64,000 nt of DNA from Raillietiella orientalis (taxonomy: Eukaryota). The DNA is taken from assembly GCA_036172245.1 (NCBI GenBank), contig JAYWIR010000081.1, positions 1 through 64,000 of the forward strand, given 5' to 3'. The notes beneath the pieces are model-generated. The model searched no databases. It was not told where the DNA came from and saw only the letters and a list, made by a program, of their open reading frames with translations. Below, piece after piece: positions 1 through 11,600 of this stretch; the first letter of the stretch is position 1; every line of letters starts with the position of its first letter. Position numbers and translations under genes: made by a program.

Positions 1-1690
1 TAAAGCAGACTGCCCGAAAAACGCAAATGTCTCCACACGGGGCTCGATACGTGCATGTTGCACCGTCCGCAGATATGATGTAAACCACGTGACAAGATCC
101 AATGCGCCATCATAAGGTGGCGGAACAGCGATTCTTAGGTGCCTTTGGACTGCTGGGTGGTGGTTCGCCATTCACATCTCGGCAGGAGACATGCCATATG
201 GGTGGCAGTGCAAAGATACACATATAGCACATCGTCCTCAGTCAATATAACTGGAGCGGGCGGAGCGTGCGTAGCGGTAGCAGCTTCCATGCTGGCTGCT
301 TCAGGAGGAGGCCAGACAGCACGGTTAACTGCCGTGCAGCGGAAACGCAGTCTGCTTGCGACCTCTGGCATGACGCAGGCTAGGAGCTCTGACGTGTGCA
401 GTCACGACTCCAATCAACAGTTGCGTTGTCTGTTCGCGCCTCGTTCAACAATATGGTTCTTTTTGACCTCTAAAACCGGGAAATAATCAGACGAGGCTGT
501 TTGCGCTGACCGCGCTCATTTTCAACTGCACGTACGTATGCCGGGTGAACTGGAGGAGGGGGAGGCGATCGTGGCACTATCACGGTGACAGTACCTCGGA
601 GAGAGTTGTTGAAGGAGGTTCATCGCAGTTTGTGTGGGAGAGGCAATCGTAAGGGTCGAGTGTTCCGATACGGAGGAGTGTTGGCCCTCTGTGGAATGAT
701 GTGGTGGGGAAACAGAATCCAACATTGGATGCAGAAAGCGTTCAATATCTGCAGCCGAGAGTGCGGTGACTAACACTCTAGGCTGATATCGAGTAAAAGC
801 ATGAGAACAGTTATGGACGTAGACAGGCAGCCTGAGGACAGTAGGGAACAGCAAGGGAGATCCATCTATGGTGTCAGGAATCGGCGGTATTTCAACATCA
901 AGTAGACATGGTACAGCCGATGAGGAGTCGGAACACACGACTATGAGTTCCCTGTTAGGGGTGCTCCTCGATTGTAAGCGTAAGGTGCTCTGGTTGCAAT
1001 GCGTGGCGTACCAAACCAGTTCAGAGCTTCTTGAGCAGAGTTAGCTCAGCTAGATGAAGAGTCAGAAGTCGTCTTCATCCCATGGATTGGGCAAGTCAAT
1101 GGATGGTCCACAGTCTTCTTAGGCATCATTCGCATACCTGGAGGCACGGTCCACATTTAGGTGTTTTTATTTATAATGATATTTTTGCAGTGAATGGCGT
1201 CCCTAAGAGGGGTTGCACTCGAAACAGCGGTATCGGATAGTGAGGAGCATTTCGGAAAGGGGCATTGTAGGGTTGTAAGATCGGTGATTGTTCAACACCT
1301 GGCTGGTGCTTTCATTCCGGTGACAACGAGAGCAAAAGAAACGCACAGACGGCACATGTACACCGTGAATACGGTTTAAATGAGCCGTTTAGTTGTGAAC
1401 ACGATTACGGACATCTTTCACGGTCGTGCCAATGTTGCAACCGGGCAAACACTTGGCACGGGGGCTTTGGTAGCATGCTAAATCCATAGTTGGCTGTCCA
1501 CTGATAGCACGCAGTGAAACGGCGACATAGTTTCAAAATGACTGGGGACGCTATTGGAGACCATGTGTTAGCGCACGCAACAGCTAATAAGTAGCCGCGC
1601 CCACCGAGACGACCAAGAAAATCGGCCTTAGGGGACGCCACCACCTTCCTTTCCGTCTCAGTTTCTTCCTAGTGCAATCCATAGCAGCAA
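1..1690 (-). mobile_element. 5' zinc-finger portion of a Utopia/NeSL-like RLE non-LTR retrotransposon (copy A'), running off the left edge
   Basis: Reverse complement of about 2572-4293 (position 1 pairs with 4293). ORFs 135-371 and 522-938 match ORF 3355-3822 and the CLLPRCEW zinc-finger segment of copy A. Confidence 0.85.
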
Positions 1691-1849
1691 CTGCGCGGGG
1701 GTCAAATCTTATCCACCGTTGCCACAAAGTTCAAATCGAATCATTACGACCCTCTCAATACTCGCTGTCGCTAAGCAGCGCTTTAGAGTACCAGGTGAAC
1801 CCACACTCAGAACCCATACACCCATTTCACTTACAGCTACTTAAGGAAA

Positions 1850-2400
1850 CAGGTCGGCTTCGATGCAACTTAGTCAGGCACTCGATTAAGACATTCTCTC
1901 AAGTGTGGCGAAACTATTGGATGAACCGCTTGCTCGTTGCAGAAAATGGATGGCTTTAAGAAGTTTTCATCCCTCGCTCGTGCATCGAATGCGTATGGGC
2001 TCTCAACCCAAATCGTTTCGGTCTGACCTAGACTCTCTGATCAAGAAAGCCCTTAAGAAAGAGATTCTTTCCCTTGACCAGGCCTCTTTCATAGAATACC
2101 TTCATGGTACTTTTACCCGAGGTTCCCTTGGCCTCCTTTTCTGCCATAATAGGCCTATATTCTGTAAGTAGACCCTGCCCTCAAACATCTTTCTCCTTTC
2201 CGAATCCCATAATTCGGGAAATGGCGTGGGCATCCTTCTCCGAGAATGTACGCAGAAAAGCGAAACGAGAGCTCTCGATGACACTTATATCAGGATATCT
2301 AAGTAAAGTCTTTAAACTCCCGTTTGAGGTTCCATAGAGAGACAGCTTAGTACTGGTCCGTGCTCCTGAAACCACGAAAAGACTTGAAATCAAGTGGAAG
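1850..2400 (+). mobile_element. Internal post-RT fragment of the same retrotransposon family
   Basis: HPSLVHRMRMGSQPKSFRSDLDSLIKKALK and IIREMAWASFSENVRRK align with 6164-6625 and 18435-18905. Confidence 0.8.
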
Positions 2401-2429
2401 GCTATAAATGGACAAATCTCCAGTGGTGT

Positions 2430-5400
2430 TGCGATTTTTCTGGTTTTTGTGTGAACACTGGTGGATTTTCATTCAATGATCCCCAACACCATAATGGACC
2501 TCTCCACCGATTCATCTGGATTTTCCATGGAAACTGTGGCTACAGTGATGAAAATTACACCCCCTCCCCATTTGCTGCTATGGATTAAACCAGAAAGCAA
2601 CTGAGACGGGAAGGAAGGTAGTGGCGTCCCTTTATGCCGATTCTATTGGTCGTCTTGGTGAGGAGGCTAATAGAATCGGCATAAGACTGAGCGCGATTAC
2701 CTATTACCTGTTGCGTGCTCTAACATGTGATCTCCCGTAGCGTCCCTTGCCATTTTCAAATTATGCCGCCGTTCAACTGCGTGCTATCAGTGGACAGGGA
2801 ACTATGGACTTCGCATGCCACTGATGCCCCTGTGCCCAGTCCTTTGCCTGGTTGAGCCTTTGCCACGAACGCGACAGATGTACGTAATCGCTTGCTCAAC
2901 TTCAAGGCTCATTTAAACCGTACTCACGGTGTGCATCTTCCGTCTGCACATTCCTTTTGCTCCCAGTGTCACAAGAATGAAAGCATCAGTCAGGCGGTGA
3001 ACAATCTCCTATGATACAGCCCTCCATTGCCTTATCCCGAAATGATCCTCACTATCCAATTCCGCTCTTTGAAGTGCAACGCCTCCTTTAGGCGCCATTC
3101 ACTGCAAAAATCTCATTATAAATGAAAATACCTAAATGTGGATCACGCCTCCGGGGATGCGAATGACGACCATGAAGACTGTGCACCCTCCATTGACTTG
3201 CCCAATTCACGAAACTAAGACGACTTTCGACTCTTAATCTAGCTGAGCTGACTCTGCTCAAGAAGCTCTGAACTGGTTTGGTACGCCACGCATTGGCAAC
3301 TAGAGCACAGTACGCTTACAGTCGAGGAGCATCCCTAACAGGGAACTCATAGTCATGTGTTCCGACTCCCCATCGGCTGTACCATCGCTACTTGATGTTG
3401 AAATACCGCCTATTCCTGACACCATAGATGGATCTCCCTTGCTGTTCCCTACTGTCCTCAGGCTGCCTGTCTACGTCCATAACTGTTCTCATGCTTTTAC
3501 TCGATATCAGCCTAGAGTGTTAGTCACCGCACTCTCGGCTGCAGATATTGAACGCTTTCTGCATCCAATGTTGGATTCTGTTTCCCCACCACATCATTCC
3601 ACAGAGGGCCAACACTCCTCCGTATCGGAACACTCGACCCTTACGATTGCCTCTCCCACACAAACTGCGATGAACCTCCTTCAACAACTCTCTCCGAGGT
3701 ACTGTCACCGTGATAGTGCCACGATCGCCTCCCCTCCTCCAGTTCACCCGGCATACATACGTGCAGTTGAAAATGAGCGCGGTCAGCGCAAACAGCCTCG
3801 TCTGATTATTTCCCGGTTTTAGAGGTCAAAAAGAACCATATTGTTGAACGAGGCGCGAACAGACAACGCAACTGTTGATTGGAGTCGTGACTGCACACGT
3901 CAGAGCTCCTAGCCTGCGTCAAGCCAGAGGTCGCAAGCAGACTGCGTTTCCGCTGCACGGCAGTTCACCGTGCTGTCTGGCCTCCTCCTGAAGCAGCCAG
4001 CATGGAAACTGCTACCGCTACGCACGCTCCGCCCGCTCCAGTTATATTGACTGAGGACGATGTGCTATATGTGTATCTTTGCACTGCCACCCATATGGCA
4101 TGTCTCCTGCCGAGATGTGAATGGCGAACCACCACCCAGCAGTCCAAAGGCACCTAAGAATCGCTGTTCCGCCACCTTATGATGGCGCATTGGATCTTGT
4201 CACGTGGTTTACATCATATCTGCGGACGGTGCAACATGCACGTATCGAGCCCCGTGTGGAGACACATTTGCGTTTTTCGGGCAGTCTGCTTTATAGAATC
4301 CGCCCCACTCTCCTGTCCTGAGCCGAACTGTGGTAAGCACTTCCGGAATCGAAAGGCTCTTGTCCACCACTCTCGCTGGCATGACTAGCTCGTCAGCGCT
4401 GAGGAAAGAGATTATATGTGAGGGCAGCGGGCGGCACCATCTGCGCTACCAACCAGTCGTCTGCTCATGCTTCGTTCGTACTTACGCTACCGCCCCCTCA
4501 CCTCGAGCCCTTAACATCATCGTTTGGCTAACTGGACTTCACCAACAACACCTGATGCGTCTCAGGTGTGGCAGGGCGCTCACCCGCAGTAGGCATGTAA
4601 CCAGATCTCGGCGTATTGGACTGCTGCGCGCAAAGCTTCCACGCCAGCGAATAACTTCCTCCAGTGAGAGTGAATTTCCTATGTCATCGACAGCAGTGCT
4701 GCCCCTGCTCGTTCACGTATGCATACTCCCGAAACATCTGTATCCAGAAACAGAAACTTCTGGTAGAACTTAATCGAAAGCCTTGGAAGAGTCCACCTGG
4801 CTACTAGTAGCCCTGGCTCAGCTCGCAAGGGCTCACGGTAGGTAGGTGGGGCTTAGCGATGCGTGCGCTCAACAACGCAAATTGCACTATACAGAGCGTT
4901 TTGGGTTTCCGCGTTTTTGTCGTCCCAGAAGCTCGTAGAAGACGAGCTACCATGTTTCCAAGATTCCTCGAAATATTATGCAATCGTGACCATTGTCGAG
5001 CTATTAATCTCGTCCTTGAAGATCCTCCACTAAAGTGCCATGCTAATCGGCAGGAAAGCGAGGTGTAGTTTCTGTATTTCTTTGCAGTTACTTCTGGCTT
5101 CCACCCTATAACTAGGAACTCCCCGTTGGCTCGGACTGCGAACAGGTGGACATGTTTTCTTTTGCTCCTTAGGAAATCGCCAGATGCCTTATGCTGTGCG
5201 AGTACACTGCCCCAGGCTCTGACGAAATCTCTTATACTGCATTCTCTTTCCTTGATCCTCAGTGACGCTTTCTGGGGGCCATATTTAACCTTTGCCTTGC
5301 CCGTCGTCGTATTCTGCCGGAATGGCAGGAGTCCCGGACAACCATCATTCCGAAGGCACATGCTGATCAATCGGATGACCCCTCTCAATTCCCTTCAATT

Positions 5401-7700
5401 ACTATCAGAAGGACAGTTGGAAAAACTTTCTCCAAGTGCCTCGCCCGGTGTTTACTTGTGTGGATCTTTCATAATGAAATCCTCGACCCGCACCAAAAAG
5501 GATTCTTGCCATACGATGGTGTTCTTGAGGATAGCCTCATGCTCCGACATCGAATGGTCTACAGCAAGTGTCACCATCGCACGCAGTGTGTAGCCTAGCT
5601 GGACATTAAGGATGCCTTTACCTCCATCTTCCACCCTCAGCTGCTCTGTGCCCTTCAGTGTGCTGCTGCTGGCGATGGCCTAGTTGAGCTGATCTGCAAA
5701 ATGTACTCAAATTATAGCACCCATGTAATCACCGCTGAAGGGTTGACATCACCACTCGCAGTTACCAGAGGTGTCAAGCAGAGATGCCCCTCTGAGGCAT
5801 TCTTTTTAACATTGCCTTTGAGTCCTTGTGTGTTAGTGTCAAATAGTGTTCCAGGGGTACGTGTCCTTGCATATGCTGATGACCTCGTCCTATTAACTGA
5901 AGACCCCAAGACCTTGCAACAAGCTCTTGACTGTGCCTCTGTGATGGCCAGTCGACTTGGCTTGAGCATCAATGCCAAAAGTGTGCATCCTTCCACCTCG
6001 ACCCAAGCACCCTGCGTACTGTTGGCAAGCAGCGTTTCCGAGTGGCAGGTGAAACCATGCCTGCACTTACGGACGCTGGCACCCACAGTTATCCAGGGCA
6101 ACCAGTCGGGTTTGATGCCATCCATAGCGAAGCTCTGCACACATTCTCTCTAGCGTTGCTAAAGTGCTCGATGCTCCACTAGCACCATGGCAAAAGATTG
6201 ATGCACTAAAGACTTTTATCTTACCCTCGTTAGTGCATCCGATGCGAATGGGATCAAAGCCTAAATCATTTTGGACTACATTGGATTCCTTGGTTAGGAA
6301 GGCTTTAAAGGAAAAGATCCTCCTCCTCACGCAGGCCTCGTCTAGACAAAACCTGTATGATAGTGTAGCTTGCGGCAGTCTCGGCCTGATGCTTCTGGAG
6401 GAAGAGGCCGATATCATGGCCGTTGACTCAAACTTCGAGCTCCTTTCCTGTCCGCAACCACTCATCAAAGTAATGCCATCGGCTTCACTTTATGAAACTG
6501 TACGCAGGAAAGTAAGGCAAGAACCTTCCACGGCCCTAACAGCGGGATATCTTAATGGTGACACCCATCTCCCATTTGACCTTCCATCGAGGGATCCCGC
6601 AGACTATTGGTACCGTGAACGCTAAGCCTTTAAGAGACTTCAACTCCAATAGGTCACAGAAGCTGGCCAAATGTCTATTGAGCTGGCCACAAAGCCTATT
6701 CGCGAGGCCAACTTCGAGCGGGACGAGTCGTTACTCGCCCCGTTCGAGGCTTGCGTCGCCTCAATAGCAGTGAGGCTCTTCGATCCAAACCGGATCAGGG
6801 CGGTATAATGGACTGCTTGGCTCTGCACTTGGCATCTATGGCCTTTAGTGAGCGCTCAGAGCTCACACGTTTCTGTGACTGGCGCTTTATCCATCGAGCC
6901 CGCTTGAACCAACTGTTCCTCAATGGAAACCGAAAGCGTCCAGGTTCACACAAGGCTTGTCGTCACTGCTTGTACACCTGGGAAACTCTGTCCCACGTGC
7001 TGTGCCATTGCACGAGACATTTAGCTACACGTATCCCGGCAAGGCACAATCAAGTTCTCGATCTCATTGACCAGTTTGCTCGGGCAAAATGTCGCCACCT
7101 CGCCATAGACCGATCTGACCCGACAATCAACAGTTCCCTTAGACCAGACATTGTTGCCACATACGGTTGCCGTATGCTGATGGTGAACGTCACCATATCG
7201 TTCGAGAATCCACGCGACGCCATGAATGCAGCACGGAGCTAAGCCAAAAGTGGAAGAATACCAGAAAGTCAGCAGGGAATACCAGGCACAGGGTCTCCGG
7301 GTCAAGGTAGATGCGCTCGTTGTCGGGTAACTAGGGAGCTGGCACCCGAACAACCTTGCAGTTCTCAGCTGTCTTTGCCTGAGCACGCAGCAAATAAAGG
7401 CGATACGCCCTAGAATCGTGTGCTCAGTGATCCGAGCAGAGCGGGATATCTACTTTGACCACACCACAACCCGTCCTTCAGCAACTACCGCTAATGAACC
7501 TGCAGCTCAAAAGCTAAAACCGGCGGCTCATCTTCATCTTTTCATGGTGCAGGGCGGCTTAACGGGACCTCATCGAAGTTTGAGCCTATCATGTAGTTTC
7601 CCCTTTCGAACTCCTCGTCCTCGGTAAACACTTGCGTGTCCCCAAGATTAATCCCCTTTTTAGAGCTTCTTTGTACAAATGAAAACGTAGTTAACTAAAA
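2430..7700 (+). mobile_element. Decayed Utopia/NeSL-like RLE non-LTR retrotransposon (copy A)
   Basis: C2H2 finger CPEPNCGKHFRNRKALVHHSRWH; RT motifs RGVKQRCP and VLAYADDLVLL; LAPWQKIDALKTF; RFCDWRFIHRARLN; CCHC knuckle CRHC..ETLSHVLCHC; RHN; RLE motif RPDIV...VTISFEN. Many frameshifts. 3' end is gaaaacgtagttaactaaaa at 7700. Confidence 0.9.
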
Positions 7701-7830
7701 GTCACCACAGCCGCGTTCGGACGTGTTTCCGCGTCGCTTCGTTGTTGACTCTGTAAAATCGCTTTTTGCGATTAAATAATTCCTAGTTTCTGTAAGTTTT
7801 TTGCAATTTGCAAGAACTTGGTCCACTCGT
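7701..7830 (+). repeat. Junction repeat X following retrotransposon 3' ends (also 14810-14940 and 20513-20534)
   Basis: gtcaccacagccgcgttcggacgtgtttccgcgtcgct (7701), gtcgccgccactgcgtttggacgtgtttccacgtcgct (14810), gtcgccgccgccgcgttcggac (20513). Confidence 0.8.
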
Positions 7831-8439
7831 GACCCAAATGTTACTTGTTCTAAGTTTATTAAACTTGAAACATCAATTTCCAAGTGTTTTGTATAGTATC
7901 AACGGAAAGGTAGGACACAATTCCTTCTGACTCTGTTTTTTCCCGTAATATTGCGCCTGCCCGATAATTTGATACTTTGTGTTCAAATTATCGGGCTTTA
8001 AGATCGTCGTATCCCTGTTTGAGTTGAAGAAATAAATAATTTGCAATTGGAATGGAAAATTGGAATTACGTGATCGCGTTGCTACGTTATGCCTAATACG
8101 TGGTATGAAATTGCAAAGTTCTATTTTTTACTCTATAGAATATGAATATTTTTTTAAACACTTCCGCTTGCTCTAAAACCTTCAATTTGTTTACTCTTCA
8201 GAGAAAACCAACATTCAACTTTAAATTTTATTTTCAAAATTTCCGAAACTTATTGGCGCCATCTACATCAGTCTCGTTACTAAAAGTGAATTTCGATTAT
8301 CTCGTTGTCAAGATAAACGTGATAAATTTTAACTCAATTGCTGCGATCTAGTTTAGTTGCTGGAAAGTGGTCTAACTTATTTTTGTATCGATTCTTAGAA
8401 AATAGGAAATTTTCAAAATACCTTTGCAGCTCTCACTTA

Positions 8440-8643
8440 GCCTCTCACTTATGCTCTCGTGTCTTTTCACAATGCCAGATCAGAGTCAAGCTCAGAAGTC
8501 TTCTTTCCTTGCTGATGTTTCCAAGTCAACGGACTTGGCTGTGGTTTCGCTACATAGTAGGAAGGGACAGGGGGATTCTCATTAATCCATTCATGCCCAT
8601 GACTAATTAGATGAGAAGGCACTTGGCTACCTTAAGACAGTCA
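8440..8643 (-). rRNA. Degenerate 28S rRNA fragment: half downstream of the insertion, containing an empty R2 target site
   Basis: agagtcaagctca, ttggctgtggtttcgct, atccattcatg and actaattagatga..ggcacttggctaccttaagacagtca are the reverse complement of the conserved 28S segment TGACTCTCTTAAGGTAGCCAAATGCCTCGTCATCTAATTAG. Confidence 0.9.
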
Positions 8644-11600
8644 ACTCCCACTGCAAGCATACAAGCCGGAATGTCCCATGCATGTGTCTCTGCTCGACAC
8701 TGAAGTACGGACTGATAGTGCGGACGGACATTCTTCCCTGCCCCCTGCACTGATCGGACCGCCTGTCTCGGTCTTGGTCACTCGGACGGACGTTTCCAGG
8801 AGATATCAGCCGCGAGCGCTCATCACGCCACTCTCCAAAGATAACAGCATACTTTATGCACCCAGCATCAAGCGATAGACTCCAACGCCAGGAACCAGCC
8901 ACAATTCCTACCTCATTCAGCTCGGGCAAATCGACCCTGACGGTTGCCTTGCCGTCGCAAACAGAAATGGGCCTATTCGACCAAATCCTCCCGAAGGGAA
9001 CCGTAACAGTGCTGGTGCCTCGATCATCTCCTCCCCCTTTCCGAGTGCACTCTGCGTACGTGCGGGCGGTCGAGGGAAAGGAAGGGAAGCGCAGGAAGTC
9101 GCGCCCTATCATTCCCCCGCTTCAGTGACAAAAGCAACTGGCTCTTCCAAATGATATACACCAAACTGACGTGGCTCTCGTCTTGTCGCCAGCTGAATGT
9201 GTTCCCCAGATCTCGCCACTCCTGTCACGCTCAAGACCCTGTGTTAACACTCTTTTAGCCACACGGCAGGTAACCGCGCAAGAGCCGTCTCGCTCAGGAG
9301 AAATGACCTCAACGCCTGCCACTGGAGAAAAAGCACCAGCTGCGCCAGCTGCCCTGACTGAGGACAACGTTCTTCCTGTACACCTCCCGACCACCAGCAG
9401 CATGTCATGTCCACTACCGAGATGCAGCTGGAACACCACAACCCAGCAACCCAGGAGCACATTATGTTCGCTGCGCCGACACCTAAAAATGGCTCACTGG
9501 AGTACGGTACGCGGTTCACATCTCATCTTCGGACGGTGCGACTCGCACGCATCGATACCCGTGGGGAGGCACAAATGCGGACCTAGAGTGCTCTGTTTCA
9601 TCGAACCTGCCCACTCCCCTTCCCGAAGTCGAATTGTGGTAAGAGCTTTTACGATCGAAAGCGCTCGCCAACCACTCACGGTTTTAAGATTCTCTGGCCA
9701 GGGCAGAGAAAAGGACACATTTTCGAGGGTTGCGAGGGCAACGCCCTGATTCAGACGCGCTGCCTTTCAGTCGCCAACCCATGCCATGGCCGAACCAGCC
9801 TCTTTGCCCTCGTACCCCAAACAGACAAGCACGTACTGTTCCCCCTCGCTGACCCGCGAACGCTCTCCACTGACAGGACTGGAGAGCGATGAATCTCCTA
9901 CTCCAACCGACGATCCCGATGGCACGAACCGCCCCATCCATGCCTGATCTGCCTCATGATCAGAAATGGAAAACAGTACATTACCGCCGAGGACGCCAGA
10001 GCAGGACCTTCGCTGCCCAGACCATTCATCCTTACCCCCCGTCGAAAGGCAGCCATTGCACAATGCGCCAGCGAGAGGCCTTGCGACATCGCCGCGAGCA
10101 ACCGCCTTCCGTTTCGTGCTTCTGGAAGACAAGAGTGAACAGGAATGCAAAGACTCACCCGTCGAAACAGCCGGCCACCCCCCTCACATCACCTTGCATC
10201 CATGAAATCCGCAGGCAGCCTAGCTCGGAGATGGCACAACCCCGTGCAGTCATACGGGATGCTACGAGTACTCGAGAGGCTCTTAGGGGCCCCCACGGTG
10301 GACAATCGGGGTCTAGGCATAAGGTCTCTCTCCATTGCATATCAAGCGATCCGAAGTTAATTGTACTTGCGACCTTTCTATGTTCCCGCTGTTGGCACCA
10401 GGAGATCGAATATGTCAACTCGTGCACTCGAACGGCTATACGTCAGAAACAGGCATCGTGCTATTCGACAAATAATGGATGGTGCACCAACCATTTGCAA
10501 TGCAAACCCGGAAAGGGTATATGATTACTTCAGTGAACTTTTTGATGACACACCAGGCTTTCGTCCCCTATCGTGGGACGCACAACAAGGCCCTTAGCAT
10601 GAGGAGCTTGATCTCTTCCCTTTCTTGGAGTCAGAGATTGCCAGCTTTCTAAGACAATGCAAGGACACTGCGCCGGGCGCTGACGGTATCCCTTACTCCG
10701 CCTTTCGGAAATTGAACTCTGAATGCAAACTGTTATGTGCCATGTTCAACATATGCCTAGCTCTCAGGCGGATCCCAGCAGAGTGGAAAGAATCCAGAAC
10801 CCTCATCCCCAAGGCGAATGCACAGGAACCTGGAGCCCTCTCGCAATTTCGGCCAATAATCATCAGTCGAACCATTGGGAAACTTCACCAAATGCATTGC
10901 TCTACGGATGAAAGACTAAATCCCCCAGAACGACATACTCGACCCTCACCAAAAAGGGTTCCTTTCATTCGACGAGGTGCTGGAGCACAACTTTATGCTT
11001 GCACATCTCATGGACTATAGCAAGGGGCACCACCGTAACCTCGGCGCAGCCTGGTCTGATCTCAAGGACGCTTACGCAACGATACCGCACTCCGAACTCC
11101 TCTGCTCCCTCCGTTGTGCTGGTGCTGGGAACCGTTTTGTGGAGCTCGTGTTTGAAATGTACACGGACAATATCACGCAAATAGTGACCACAGCAGGCCT
11201 CTCCCCGCCCATACACATCTGCAGAGGCGTGAAGCAAGGATGTCCGCTATCTGGACTGCTCTTTGATGTTGCCATCGAGCTACTCTGCCAAGAAGTCAAA
11301 CAAAATGTTCCCGGGATCACTGACCTTGCATATGCAGACGAGCTGGTTCTGCTTCCAGAGGACGCAGAAACGCTGCAAAAAGCGCTGGACATCTCTGGCG
11401 CCATGGCAGCTCGTCTTGGACTCTCCATCAATGCCAGGAAATGCTCCTTCCTCCACTATGACCAAACACTTTCAAAACTGTCGCCCAGGAACTATTCCAA
11501 GTATCGAGTGAACCCATACCCGCACTATGGTTACCGCCACGTACAGCTATTTGAAGAAACCGGTAGTGCACAGCCACGTGCTAGACGGTGGAGTTACCGA

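Noticed and set aside
8600..8660. Canonical R2 insertion
   Set aside because: The R2 site (ttggctaccttaag on +) is intact. The elements are antisense, offset by 14-15 nt, and look Utopia-like.
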